64,000 nucleotides of DNA, from positions 31,428 to 95,427 of IMG/VR virus record IMGVR_UViG_3300042564_005059. One strand, 5' to 3'. A program made the translations under genes and the position numbers. Of this stretch, positions 20,293 through 30,180 are shown piece after piece (positions within the stretch are counted from its first letter, which is position 1; each line of letters begins with the position of its first letter). The notes below the pieces were generated by a model, which made no database searches, had not been told where the DNA came from, and saw only the letters and a list, made by a program, of their open reading frames with translations. Source of the DNA: a virus. Taxonomy: Duplodnaviria > Caudoviricetes.

Positions 20293-20700
20293 ACCAATAT
20301 ATTCGTGACTATAACAAACTCGTCTATTATCCGCAAAATGATTGTTATACACGTTCTCATGTTTAACATCGGTTCTTAATTTTTTGTTCTTGCTGGTAGG
20401 TTTCCATAGCTGTGATTTCTCCCTATATTTTCCCATGCGCGGGTGCGCAGTTCTAGAAAAATATCTATGACCTTCATTTAAGTGGATTTGCGCTATTATA
20501 TCTGAAAAACGAACACCTATACCCATCCCTTGAAAATCTGGCAATACAACCGTCCTATGACCCCTCCACGCGTTTTTAATTGTACCGCTAGGCATAGTTA
20601 TGGCCGCGCCAAAAGCAACAACATTTCCATCCCAGATTCCAACATAAAATCTTGCCGCTTTATTTACCTTTGAATCTAAATAGTGATGGTCGCCAAACAT
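20281..20700 (-). CDS. GNAT (Mom-like) acetyltransferase; probably reached by a -1 frameshift from the ATPase
   Basis: HHYL..RTVVLPDFQGMGIG; frame open upstream to the T9 run. Confidence 0.8.
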   Translation of the reverse strand: MFGDHHYLDSKVNKAARFYVGIWDGNVVAFGAAITMPSGTIKNAWRGHRTVVLPDFQGMGIGVRFSDIIAQIHLNEGHRYFSRTAHPRMGKYREKSQLWKPTSKNKKLRTDVKHENVYNNHFADNRRVCYSHEYIGLKT

Positions 20701-21365
20701 TCTCCAACTATCATGGTTTGTGCGATATACGTTAAGTTTGATTTCTGGTCGGGCAAAAAAAAACCGTCGATTAGCTCACCACTATCTGTATCAATTACCC
20801 AATCAGGTTCAAGCCATTCTAATATATCCCTATGACACGTTGACAATACAACATTCTGGATACCATTATCCTTAACATATCTAGATAAAGATACGCTAGC
20901 AGCCTTAGCAACATTTCTGTCAACAACACTAGTGTATTCATCAATTACAGAATTAGATTTTATTTTTCTAGCTAAATCAGCTCTAAACTTTTCACCGTTG
21001 GATAAAACATGATAAGGTTTATACCATGAAGGTACAGAATTAAGACCAACTGAACTTAGTTTTTTTATACCGTCTTCTGGTGAATCAAAATGTGATATGA
21101 TTGATTTTTCTGGATTCCATTCTGGTGATTGCTCTAAACCAAAATGTTTTAACATAGTTGATTTACCACTACCACTAGACCCAACGATAACACCTATTTT
21201 AAATTCTTTTGGTAATGTTTTAGGTAATTCCCATGGATAAAATTTTGAAGTACCATCAAAAATACAATCAAAAGCAATTTCACTAGCTGAAATATATTCA
21301 TCTCTTATTACACATGATGTTAATGGTGTTTGAGTTTTTACCATTTTTTCGATAACTTTTTGCAT
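20676..21365 (-). CDS. ABC-type ATPase (no permease partner)
   Basis: GSSGSGKS Walker A, LSNGEKFR signature, IDEYTS Walker B, CH..I.EWL.PDW. Confidence 0.9.
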   Translation of the reverse strand: MQKVIEKMVKTQTPLTSCVIRDEYISASEIAFDCIFDGTSKFYPWELPKTLPKEFKIGVIVGSSGSGKSTMLKHFGLEQSPEWNPEKSIISHFDSPEDGIKKLSSVGLNSVPSWYKPYHVLSNGEKFRADLARKIKSNSVIDEYTSVVDRNVAKAASVSLSRYVKDNGIQNVVLSTCHRDILEWLEPDWVIDTDSGELIDGFFLPDQKSNLTYIAQTMIVGECLATITI

Positions 21366-21464
21366 AAAACCTTTTTAAGATAAATATATCAATAAGTATA
21401 AAAAACAAAAGACCAGAACATATATGTTCCAGTCTTATTTTTTTTTAATTTAGATAGTTTTTAA

Positions 21465-21668
21465 TTATCTACCTTCAGTAAGTCTTCTAACAGCTTTTTC
21501 TAATTTAGCAATTTTTGCTTCCATTAATTTGCTTGACTCACTTTGTTTTTTAGCTTGTTCATTAATCCACTCTTGTTTTTTTACAGCAACAGCTTCATTA
21601 ACAATGTTGTCGATTAAATCAACAAGGTGAGATTCTTTGATTTTAACAGTTTTTTTAGTGTTTGACAT
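21465..21668 (-). CDS. small coiled-coil head protein
   Basis: VKIKESHLVDLIDNIVNE motif; ATATTTAT upstream. Confidence 0.7.
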   Translation of the reverse strand: MSNTKKTVKIKESHLVDLIDNIVNEAVAVKKQEWINEQAKKQSESSKLMEAKIAKLEKAVRRLTEGR

Positions 21669-21729
21669 GTCTATTTGGTTTAAAATAAAATCTTATTTAC
21701 TAATAAATATATCAAAAAATAAAAAAAAA

Positions 21730-21891
21730 CTATTTTACCCCAATAAAAATATCAACATCATAGATATTTAACAAATCTTCTGTGTTAATTTTTTTAATTT
21801 CAGCAAATAATTCTGCTGCTGTTGTTTGGTTATCAGCGTTAATTGTGTTAATAACTTCACCATTTTTAGTTTTTAATGCGTAACGAGCCAT
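21730..21891 (-). CDS. small hypothetical protein (53 aa, not in ORF track)
   Basis: MARYALKTKNGEVINT...FIGVK read directly; fills the intergenic gap. Confidence 0.6.
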   Translation of the reverse strand: MARYALKTKNGEVINTINADNQTTAAELFAEIKKINTEDLLNIYDVDIFIGVK

Positions 21892-21952
21892 AAGATTTCT
21901 TTTTATGTAAATATACTAACATTTATGTGAAAAAACAAATAATAATATAAAT

Positions 21953-22483
21953 TTAACATTTTCTGTCAGCCGCTGTTGAGGCTGCCCATGCTTCTGGTTT
22001 TATTTTAAATTCATAACCCATACCTAAAATGTAACCAACTGCTGACTGCAAAGCTTTATTTGAGTCGTGTTTTGGGTTTGGATTAATATCCGCGTGAATT
22101 TCCAAAGGGATTTCATATAAATCTAATAACTCAGCAACTTGTGTTGCTACTTCAATTGATTTCCCTACCTCAAAAACCATTCTTTCGTTTACTAATTCTT
22201 TATCTCTTAATCTAGCATCGTCACCTTTTTTCATGAAATCGTGTGTATAAGTTGAAGCTATAATCATACCACCACGACCAACGATAACACCACCACCTAA
22301 ATCTTCACTAGTTGAAATAAGTATAACGGTAGCAAACTTATAAAGTGTTTTGCTTAGTTTTTGTGAATCAGTTCCAATTGAAACTTTAAGCATTTTGTTT
22401 TTTTCTAACTGTTCGTCAAATAATTTTTCCAAGTAATCTACTAAACTTTCTTCAATTAACTTGCCATTTCTTTTCCATTCCAT
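21953..22483 (-). CDS. RNase H-like YkuK (DUF458) family protein
   Basis: IGTDSQ..FATVI..GRGG..E..KSIEVA..EIHADIN..KP.AWAAS.AAD. Confidence 0.85.
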   Translation of the reverse strand: MEWKRNGKLIEESLVDYLEKLFDEQLEKNKMLKVSIGTDSQKLSKTLYKFATVILISTSEDLGGGVIVGRGGMIIASTYTHDFMKKGDDARLRDKELVNERMVFEVGKSIEVATQVAELLDLYEIPLEIHADINPNPKHDSNKALQSAVGYILGMGYEFKIKPEAWAASTAADRKC

Positions 22484-22541
22484 AACATTTATTTTTTATG
22501 TGTTATAATAAATAAGGCCCCATTAATGGAGCCTTATTATT

Positions 22542-23936
22542 TTAATTAAAATTAGTTGTTGGTAACAACTCTTTTAGTTTTTTATAATTTTCATCTCCTA
22601 TATCGTTTTTATCAACAACTATGCGATATAACGAACCACCTTTTGATTTATCTAAATTAGAAATCTCATTAGGTATCGATTTAATATTGTTTCCTTTTAA
22701 ATTTAAAAACTCTAAATTCTTTAAACTACCAATCTCACTTGGCAAAGAAATTAATTTATTATTTGCTAACACTAACATAGATAATTTAGTTAACTCACCA
22801 ACAGAAGGGTCTAACTCTTGTAATTTAGCACCAGTAATAATTATCTGGTCCAAATTTTTAAATTTAGAAACATTTGGGATTCTAGGTATTTCTCGGTCCA
22901 TAAATTTAATAATAGGTGTATCTTCTTCCAATAATTCAAATAATGATTCGGCAAAACCAAATTTTAATAAATAATCTAAATACGTATTTTGTTTTACTGT
23001 TTTTTTATTCTTAGCTAAAACTAACAACTCTTCTTTAAAAAAATTTGCTACTCCTTCACTTTCAGCCATAACGTTTTCAAAAATTGTAACGTTTTGACTA
23101 TTTTTTCTATCTTTTAATTGGTTTGTCTCAAAATGAACTTGAAAAATTTCATCTGACTCCCCACTAAAAAATTTGTTGTTTATGATAACATATAACTTAG
23201 ATTTTTTACCATCTGGTGTTTTGTATGATTCTGTATAACTTTTAAACATACCATTACCTTCCCTAGCTGTACACCAGTTAGCGTGTTTTGCAAACACAAC
23301 TGAAGCGTCTAAAGTCAAAGGAACATAAACTGTAAATTTTCTGTCTTTAACAGGAATATACGCTTTACCTAAATCTACATACTTCATAATGGTTCTTTCA
23401 ATTACACTAGCATCTCTTTCAATGAACGGGTCAACCGAATCAAATAATTGTGAAAGAGATTTGTATTGGTTAATATCAGTAGGGTCCGTTATACCTTTCA
23501 ATGAATAGCTACCAAGACATAAATCTTTAAATTTTTTCTTTCTTTTGTTATCTTCAAATAACTTTAAATACATCTCAGCTTGAGGTAAATCTTCACCAAC
23601 TAACCTAATACCATAAACTTGTGATTTAACATCTTTCATAAAACGAGAAAACATGTTAAGCATCCACTGAACATACATCTTATTTTTAGTTGGGTCAGCA
23701 GCAATCATTTCAGAAAAAACATCCATACAAACACTAACTTTCTTAATGATACGGTCTTTGTTGTTTACCTTTGATGAAACCAACGCAATTACATTTTGCT
23801 CATAATAAACTGTCTGAACTTCATAGTTTTCTTTTTCAAAACCACTAATCTTTTTTTGAAGTTCATCTGAAGAACAATCAAAAACATCAAATGTTTCAGC
23901 TAAAAACACTAATCTATCCGTTAAACCTTTTTCCAT
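22542..23936 (-). CDS. WC-motif (PcfJ-related) domain fused to leucine-rich repeats
   Basis: NWCTA..F.SY..LYVII..FQVHF; LPSEIGSLKNLEFLNLKGNNIKSIPNEI LRRs. Confidence 0.8.
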   Translation of the reverse strand: MEKGLTDRLVFLAETFDVFDCSSDELQKKISGFEKENYEVQTVYYEQNVIALVSSKVNNKDRIIKKVSVCMDVFSEMIAADPTKNKMYVQWMLNMFSRFMKDVKSQVYGIRLVGEDLPQAEMYLKLFEDNKRKKKFKDLCLGSYSLKGITDPTDINQYKSLSQLFDSVDPFIERDASVIERTIMKYVDLGKAYIPVKDRKFTVYVPLTLDASVVFAKHANWCTAREGNGMFKSYTESYKTPDGKKSKLYVIINNKFFSGESDEIFQVHFETNQLKDRKNSQNVTIFENVMAESEGVANFFKEELLVLAKNKKTVKQNTYLDYLLKFGFAESLFELLEEDTPIIKFMDREIPRIPNVSKFKNLDQIIITGAKLQELDPSVGELTKLSMLVLANNKLISLPSEIGSLKNLEFLNLKGNNIKSIPNEISNLDKSKGGSLYRIVVDKNDIGDENYKKLKELLPTTNFN

Positions 23937-23988
23937 ATTTATACTTTAATATACAAACATACTAAAAATAATTGAATAAAGCAATAAT

Positions 23989-24327
23989 TTAAAAAAATTT
24001 TTTAAAAAAATCATCTTCTAAGTATTCCTCAACCCTTCTCTTTAAAAACCAAATCATCCCATCAACTGTATCTGAATGTCTTTGTATTAAGTCTAAGATA
24101 ATTTCATTTGGGTTTTCACCATCTGTCATTCTATACTTAATCTCTTTTAAAACATTATTGTGCCCTTGATTTAGTAAGCTATCTATAATTAACCCATAAG
24201 TTTCCCACTTTATTTCGTCCTCTTCGTTTAAATCATTTAATAAACAATTAACGTGCTCGTAATACAATTTGTCTAACCTAGTTCTCTTAGTTTGACATGT
24301 AGTATTTAAAAAAATATTAACGCCCAT
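23989..24327 (-). CDS. hypothetical protein (paralog of 24473..24796)
   Basis: W.TY..I...LKEI.Y.MTD.ENP shared with the paralog. Confidence 0.65.
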   Translation of the reverse strand: MGVNIFLNTTCQTKRTRLDKLYYEHVNCLLNDLNEEDEIKWETYGLIIDSLLNQGHNNVLKEIKYRMTDGENPNEIILDLIQRHSDTVDGMIWFLKRRVEEYLEDDFFKKFF

Positions 24328-24472
24328 CAACCTACAAAATTTAAAAATGTTATTTAATTATAAATATCTTAAACATTACAGTTAGACCTAACAATAGAAA
24401 TTATCTATTAAAAAATATTTAGATTATAACATATTGAAAATCAATACGTTACATAAAATATTGATAACCAAA

Positions 24473-24796
24473 TCAATACAGATTTTTTATCTTTTCATAG
24501 AGTCTTTTTAGCTCTGGAGACATGTCTTTTATATCAGAAATAACTTCTATACACATGTCTTTTGGGTTTGAGTTATCGGTTAATTTATATTGTAGTTCTT
24601 TTAATTTTAAAGTATTTTTTATACTGTTTTTTAATTCTAAAACTACTTGATTGTAAGTTGCCCAAGCTTCTTTTACTATTGTTGAACCAGTGATTAAATT
24701 TTCAGTCAAAACTTCTTCGTATTTGTGTTCTAGATACGTTTCAAATTCACCGTAGTGTTCTCTTAATATTTTTCGTATTTTAGGCTTGAGGTCCAT
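24473..24796 (-). CDS. hypothetical protein with IRKILRE motif
   Basis: N-terminal KIRKILREH; paralog of the neighbour. Confidence 0.7.
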   Translation of the reverse strand: MDLKPKIRKILREHYGEFETYLEHKYEEVLTENLITGSTIVKEAWATYNQVVLELKNSIKNTLKLKELQYKLTDNSNPKDMCIEVISDIKDMSPELKRLYEKIKNLY

Positions 24797-24798
24797 AA

Positions 24799-25140
24799 CT
24801 ATCGCATAGGTACATGTTTAGATAACATATTATCCTCACTAATTTTACCAGAAACCCAATCTTTTATAACTTGTTGGGTGAATGATTCACTAAGACCGTA
24901 TTTATAAAGCATGTATTCATAAAGTTGTTTAGCTGAGATTAACTCTTCATCAGCGTTAACTTTAAACATTGTTTTACCAAAATACTCACCACCCTCGCGA
25001 ACATAATTTTCAGTTGGGGTGTAGTTTGCATTTAAAAAGTCTTTCATTTCTTTTACCATTCTAGCATGCATAGTGTTTTCAGCCAAAATAGATTTAACTT
25101 TATTAAATTGCGATTCCGTAATTATTAATTTTGTTTTCAT
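24799..25140 (-). CDS. hypothetical protein with KLIITESQ motif
   Basis: ATG just downstream of ATATTTATA. Confidence 0.7.
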   Translation of the reverse strand: MKTKLIITESQFNKVKSILAENTMHARMVKEMKDFLNANYTPTENYVREGGEYFGKTMFKVNADEELISAKQLYEYMLYKYGLSESFTQQVIKDWVSGKISEDNMLSKHVPMR

Positions 25141-25163
25141 ACTTATAAATATTTTATAAAACA

Positions 25164-25191
25164 AAAAAGGTTCGGAAAACCGAACCTTTTT
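25164..25191. terminator. intrinsic terminator
   Basis: aaaaaggttcgg-aaaa-ccgaaccttttt. Confidence 0.8.
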
Positions 25192-25210
25192 AACATAACA
25201 TAACTAAAAA

Positions 25211-25528
25211 TTACAACAACCCATCAATGATTGTTTGAAATTCTGATTTCGATGCAACACCAACTTTTCTAGTTTGTTCTTCACCATCTTTAAAGATTAC
25301 AACAGTAGGGATACCTCTAACACCATATTTTACTGCTAAAGATTGATTTTCTTCAACATTAATTTTTGCTACAGTAACATCTTTATCAGCGTTATCGGTA
25401 TTTAATTCATCAATAATCGGCCCAAGCATTCTACAAGGTCCGCACCATGGTGCCCAGAAATCTAAAACTGTTATCTTTTTTGTTTTCAACGCCTCTTCAA
25501 CGTTATTTTCATTTAATTCTAAAGCCAT
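25211..25528 (-). CDS. trxA: thioredoxin
   Basis: DFWAPWCGPCR, GVRGIPT. Confidence 0.95.
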   Translation of the reverse strand: MALELNENNVEEALKTKKITVLDFWAPWCGPCRMLGPIIDELNTDNADKDVTVAKINVEENQSLAVKYGVRGIPTVVIFKDGEEQTRKVGVASKSEFQTIIDGLL

Positions 25529-25587
25529 TTACTTATTTTTAAAAATTTGTTATAGTTATAAATATAATTTTAAATACCCAAAAATAA

Positions 25588-25842
25588 ATGTCAGACGAAA
25601 TAATTTTATACAAATTTTTACATTACGAATTAATTGACGAACACCCAGCTATTTACTTATATTGTGTTGGTCAAAAAAGAAGTCGTAAGACAGCTATTGA
25701 CATAGTTATTAAAATAGTTGCAGAAATATTTTGTCCTCCGTATACTATTGAATTTATCACTAAAACTGTGATTAAATTTATGGAATTTAAAAAAATAGAA
25801 TATAATGAAGGTAAAATAAAACCAATACCTATTTATCAATAA
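25588..25842 (+). CDS. hypothetical protein
   Basis: 84 aa ORF. Confidence 0.55.
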   Translation: MSDEIILYKFLHYELIDEHPAIYLYCVGQKRSRKTAIDIVIKIVAEIFCPPYTIEFITKTVIKFMEFKKIEYNEGKIKPIPIYQ

Positions 25843-26149
25843 ACAATAACGGATAGTTAGTTTCCATTGTTTTTAAATACTTGTAATAATCACCAAACCC
25901 TTCAACATCTAAATTAAAATAATAATTTATATAATCCCAAATATTCAAAGGTTTTAACCCATAAATTAATTCAATTTCATCTATTATATCACAAATAAAA
26001 ATTTTTTCTTTTTGTGATAACGTATTTGAATTAACAGAAAAACTCATTTTTTTACAAAAACTAGAATAAGTCATGTAATTAGTTTTTTTAAATTGCTCAT
26101 ATGTTTTTTCAGCAATAGATAAAATTATGTAATTATCAATCTTAGACAT
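25829..26149 (-). CDS. hypothetical protein
   Basis: 106 aa; TATCTTTG promoter upstream. Confidence 0.6.
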   Translation of the reverse strand: MSKIDNYIILSIAEKTYEQFKKTNYMTYSSFCKKMSFSVNSNTLSQKEKIFICDIIDEIELIYGLKPLNIWDYINYYFNLDVEGFGDYYKYLKTMETNYPLLFIDK

Positions 26150-26210
26150 TATTTTTTTTTACAAAGATACTACTTATTACCCAATTAAACAATATTTATA
26201 ATTAAAAAAT

Positions 26211-26456
26211 ATGATAACAGAAAAAGATTTAGAATTAATCCAAAAGTATTTAAATAGAAACTACGCGGTACAAAGGGTAAAATACAATGGTAAATTTAAA
26301 AGAGCTATCATATTTGATAATGGAAAAACCTATATGCTATCAAATCAAAACGATAAAATTTATTTAAAAAAAGAAATGATATCAACATTAGAAATTGTAT
26401 TTGGTTTTAACAACTTAGAAACAACTAATTTAATCTCACAATATCTTAAATTTTAA
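26211..26456 (+). CDS. hypothetical protein
   Basis: 81 aa; ATATTTATA upstream. Confidence 0.65.
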   Translation: MITEKDLELIQKYLNRNYAVQRVKYNGKFKRAIIFDNGKTYMLSNQNDKIYLKKEMISTLEIVFGFNNLETTNLISQYLKF

Positions 26457-26498
26457 TTTGACTTATTAAAATATTTTACTTATTATTGTATAAAAGAT

Positions 26499-26951
26499 AT
26501 GGCAAATTTAAATTTTATTAAAGATTTAAAATTAGGTAACGAAGGTGAAGAAATACTTACTGAATACTTAATTACAAAAGGTTCAACATTTGTTGATTCA
26601 AATAAAGATAATCGTTATGACGTCAAAATGTCTAATAACAATAAAGAAATAACTTACGAAGTTAAAACCGATGTAAAATGTGCACCACTGTTTGATACTG
26701 GTAACATTTTTATAGAATTTCAATCTAGAGGTAAAATTTCTGGAATTAGTGTAACACAAGCCGATTGGTTTGTGACTTATTTTTTATACTTAGGTGAATT
26801 ATGGTTTATTAAATCAAAAGACTTAAAAGAACTCATAAAAAAACATGATTTCCCAAAATTTTATAACGCTGGTGATATCGGTAGCGAAACTCATGGTTAC
26901 CTAATAAAAAGAAAAGATTTCAAACAATATTTTCATGTCCGTAAAATCTAA
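26499..26951 (+). CDS. PD-(D/E)XK nuclease-like protein
   Basis: GxEGE..YD....YEVKTD..TGNIFIE..SGI..T.ADW. Confidence 0.7.
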   Translation: MANLNFIKDLKLGNEGEEILTEYLITKGSTFVDSNKDNRYDVKMSNNNKEITYEVKTDVKCAPLFDTGNIFIEFQSRGKISGISVTQADWFVTYFLYLGELWFIKSKDLKELIKKHDFPKFYNAGDIGSETHGYLIKRKDFKQYFHVRKI

Positions 26952-27579
26952 CCCAAAACTAACAATAGAACTTGTCCCTAAGACTTGTCACTTCTCCAAT
27001 GTGAGAACATGCCTGTCAACCTCTGATTGGGATAAAATAAGAAAAATATCCTACGCAAACGCAAACAATAAATGTGAAATTTGTGGTGACACTGGTAAAA
27101 ACCAAGGATACAACCATAACGTAGAATGTCATGAAATATGGCAATACGATGAAGAAACTCTTACCCAAAAACTAACTGGCCTTATTTCGTTGTGCCCAAA
27201 GTGTCATATGGTTAAACACATCGGTAGGTCAATCGCAATCGGTAAAGTAGATATTTGTTACAGACAATTGGCCAAGGTTAACAAATGGACTCAATCACAA
27301 ATTCAAAAACACATTGTCGAATCGTTTGATAAACATAAACTACTTTCTAAACATCAATGGATATTAGATATATCAATGCTTTCACAGGAACCATATAACA
27401 TAGACTTGTCTGGGTTCAAAGAAAGAATCTTCGAAAATACAATACCAAAAAAGAAGAAGAAAAAGAAAACAACTGACGATAAACCCAAAAAGAAAAAAAT
27501 ACACCCAAAAGCTAAAATAAACAATGTGCTTAAGGCTGCCAAGTCTTCTAAGTCCAAAAGACCACCAAAAAAAGGTTAA
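26935..27579 (+). CDS. HNH endonuclease with basic tail
   Basis: CEICG..ECHE.W..LCPKCH.VKH; Lys-rich C-terminus. Confidence 0.85.
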   Translation: MSVKSNPKLTIELVPKTCHFSNVRTCLSTSDWDKIRKISYANANNKCEICGDTGKNQGYNHNVECHEIWQYDEETLTQKLTGLISLCPKCHMVKHIGRSIAIGKVDICYRQLAKVNKWTQSQIQKHIVESFDKHKLLSKHQWILDISMLSQEPYNIDLSGFKERIFENTIPKKKKKKKTTDDKPKKKKIHPKAKINNVLKAAKSSKSKRPPKKG

Positions 27580-27917
27580 ATCCCTTTTTTTAATTTATCC
27601 ATAAATCTTTTCATCACCTCGTTATCAACTGTCATCAGTTTGTATTTCTCTGTTCTGTCACCAGTAATAGCATCCCATGATATAAAACACTCAGGGCATT
27701 GGAAATGTGTGTTCATTCCTTCCCATGCTTGTGATTCAGTAGGTTCAATCTTGATTAGTTTGCTTATGTGTTTTTGGTTTTCCGATGACCAACCATAAAC
27801 TTCTCTAGCTGTTTTTTCTGGAACAAGATTTATTGCTTCACCCTTATCCCAAGATGCTTTGCATTCTGGACACTCACCACAATAATTTTTTTCGTCAATA
27901 ATGTATTTTTCTACCAT
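27576..27917 (-). CDS. zinc-ribbon protein
   Basis: Two CPEC motifs. Confidence 0.7.
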   Translation of the reverse strand: MVEKYIIDEKNYCGECPECKASWDKGEAINLVPEKTAREVYGWSSENQKHISKLIKIEPTESQAWEGMNTHFQCPECFISWDAITGDRTEKYKLMTVDNEVMKRFMDKLKKGI

Positions 27918-27968
27918 AATTTACTTTTTTACTATAATACTAAATATTTATGATAAAATACACGTTAA

Positions 27969-28823
27969 ATGAAATTATTTTTCAAAAAAAATATCATAAT
28001 AGAAAACTATAACCTTACCCCAGCATCAGAAAAACTTGATGAATTGGAAGAGGCTGCAAACGCATTGGGAGATACTATCACCAAAGATTTAAAAATCCCA
28101 AAAGAAGTTCTAGATAGTTTTCAATTGAAACCTTCACTTAACCCAGAATTCTGGGATAAAGAAGAATTAAGAAAAGATATCAGCGACCAGCTTATGCTTA
28201 TAGCACAAGAATTTTTTGATGGATTAAAAAGCCCAGAAAATCTTGTAATTAAAGATGTAATATTCACTGGAAGTCTAGCCAACTATAATTGGTCTAAATA
28301 CTCAGACGTTGACTTACATGTAATTGTAGATTTTGAAACCGTTGACACCGATGAAGAATTTATAAAACAACTATTCGATTCATATAAAAACCTTTGGAAC
28401 AACAACCATAACATAACTATCAAAGGGTATGACGTAGAATTGTATTTACAGGACATTAGAGAAACTCTTTCAGCTAACGCGGTATATTCTGTCAAAAGAA
28501 ATAAATGGCTCCTTAAACCTGAAAAAGAGAAATTTAAACTAAATAGAAACATAATCAAAAAGAAAGCGTTAACTTTTATCGATAAACTTAAAGATGTAAA
28601 AAAAGTATACGCGGAAGAAGAATATCAAAAAGCACTTGACAAATCACAAGAACTAAAAGATAAAATAAAAAAATATCGTAAGAGTGGATTAGAAAGCGGT
28701 GGTGAGTTCTCACTAGAAAACCTAGTCTTTAAGGTACTTAGAAGAACACCATTTATGGAAGTCTTAAATGACATAAACTCTAAGTCATACGACCAAATAA
28801 TGTCGTTAAAAGAAAACATATAA
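27969..28823 (+). CDS. Pol-beta-superfamily nucleotidyltransferase
   Basis: GS.ANYNWS.YSDVDLH and a third acidic residue in DVELY. Confidence 0.85.
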   Translation: MKLFFKKNIIIENYNLTPASEKLDELEEAANALGDTITKDLKIPKEVLDSFQLKPSLNPEFWDKEELRKDISDQLMLIAQEFFDGLKSPENLVIKDVIFTGSLANYNWSKYSDVDLHVIVDFETVDTDEEFIKQLFDSYKNLWNNNHNITIKGYDVELYLQDIRETLSANAVYSVKRNKWLLKPEKEKFKLNRNIIKKKALTFIDKLKDVKKVYAEEEYQKALDKSQELKDKIKKYRKSGLESGGEFSLENLVFKVLRRTPFMEVLNDINSKSYDQIMSLKENI

Positions 28824-28826
28824 AAA

Positions 28827-28849
28827 AAAGGGACTCTAAGAGTCCCTTT
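28827..28849. terminator. bidirectional terminator between convergent genes
   Basis: aaagggactc-taa-gagtcccttt. Confidence 0.8.
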
Positions 28850-28853
28850 GTTA

Positions 28854-30089
28854 TTAAAACGGTAATTCATTTCTTTCTATTTCTTGAAACACGGAATTAA
28901 TACTTTGATTCTGTTTTTTTAAATATGATTCATATTCATTAAAATCATATTTATTGTTAAAGGCTTCAATGTAATTTTTAACAGTATCATCTAACTCTTT
29001 TGGTGCGGAACAATTTCTTAACCCTCTAAGTTGACCATAAAATAGTTTTTTATTTTTTTCGTAAGAGTTCATATAATCCACTCTATAATTAACTTCAAGT
29101 GTGTAACCGCTAACTTGATAAATCCCACAATTACCATTTGATACCGAATTACCATAACCAGCAACACAATGGTCTTGTCTATGTCCTTCCTCAATCAATT
29201 CATGGTTGGTTCTAAGTAAATTATATCCAGTGAAATTTTCAAAATCTTCAAATATCCTATGAGGTTTTAATTGAATTACTGGTTCGAATTCAAGCATTAT
29301 TTTTCTTAATTCTTTAGCCCATGCATCGTGCTCAAGTTTAATTCTTTTTTCAGACCAAGAACAATTTACCTTTCTATCCAACTTAATCGCCATTTCAATA
29401 GTATCCCTAAATAAATGGTTTTTAAAATGTTCTATCTTTAAATTTTCAACGTTTATCAAAAATGGCCTAATTCGCTTCCAATCAAATTTTGTAATATAAG
29501 CATTACTATTATATATTTGACCTACTTGGTTATAATCTTCAGTTAAAACCTTTATAACTGATGTTGGTACTTTATACATGTGTTTTAGGATTTTATCAGC
29601 GTTGAATAACTTATAAGTCATAACGCTTGACAATGAAATGTTATGACAAAATCTGTTCTCTTTTATGTTTCTAAGCCATGTAAACTTCTTGTTTAAGAAA
29701 TCTAAAGCAAAACTAAAATGAGCACTAATATCAGTATACATTGCATGCTTAAGACTAGTACCAATTTTAAAATATAATTTTTTGTTTTTGTAGATTAATG
29801 ATTTTATTTTAGTTTCTCTAGAATAAATCTTGTTTGTTTTGGTCATACTAAATCTTTTTCTAAAACAGCAAATCTCAAAACTACCATCTGTTCTCTCAAA
29901 ACAAACATCGCGTTCAATAGAACAATCTGGATTGCTGTTAAAAAATAACACACGAGCCTTATAAGGGTCTTTTTTATAAGCGTCTAACAACCAATCTAAT
30001 TTTTGAGATTTAATTTCTCGAAACAAAGTGTATTGTTTCAATTCACCCTTTTCTTCCAGAACTTTTTCTTTGTTAATTTGTCTTCCCAT
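28854..30089 (-). CDS. PcfJ-like domain protein
   Basis: EHD..L..EGHRQDHCVAGY..TLEV..QLRG.RN. Confidence 0.8.
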   Translation of the reverse strand: MGRQINKEKVLEEKGELKQYTLFREIKSQKLDWLLDAYKKDPYKARVLFFNSNPDCSIERDVCFERTDGSFEICCFRKRFSMTKTNKIYSRETKIKSLIYKNKKLYFKIGTSLKHAMYTDISAHFSFALDFLNKKFTWLRNIKENRFCHNISLSSVMTYKLFNADKILKHMYKVPTSVIKVLTEDYNQVGQIYNSNAYITKFDWKRIRPFLINVENLKIEHFKNHLFRDTIEMAIKLDRKVNCSWSEKRIKLEHDAWAKELRKIMLEFEPVIQLKPHRIFEDFENFTGYNLLRTNHELIEEGHRQDHCVAGYGNSVSNGNCGIYQVSGYTLEVNYRVDYMNSYEKNKKLFYGQLRGLRNCSAPKELDDTVKNYIEAFNNKYDFNEYESYLKKQNQSINSVFQEIERNELPF

Positions 30090-30180
30090 TATTTATGTTT
30101 TTAGTTATGTTTTGCAAATATACTAATTATTTTATTTTAATACAAATAAAAATGCTCACAAATTGTGAGCATTTATTTAT

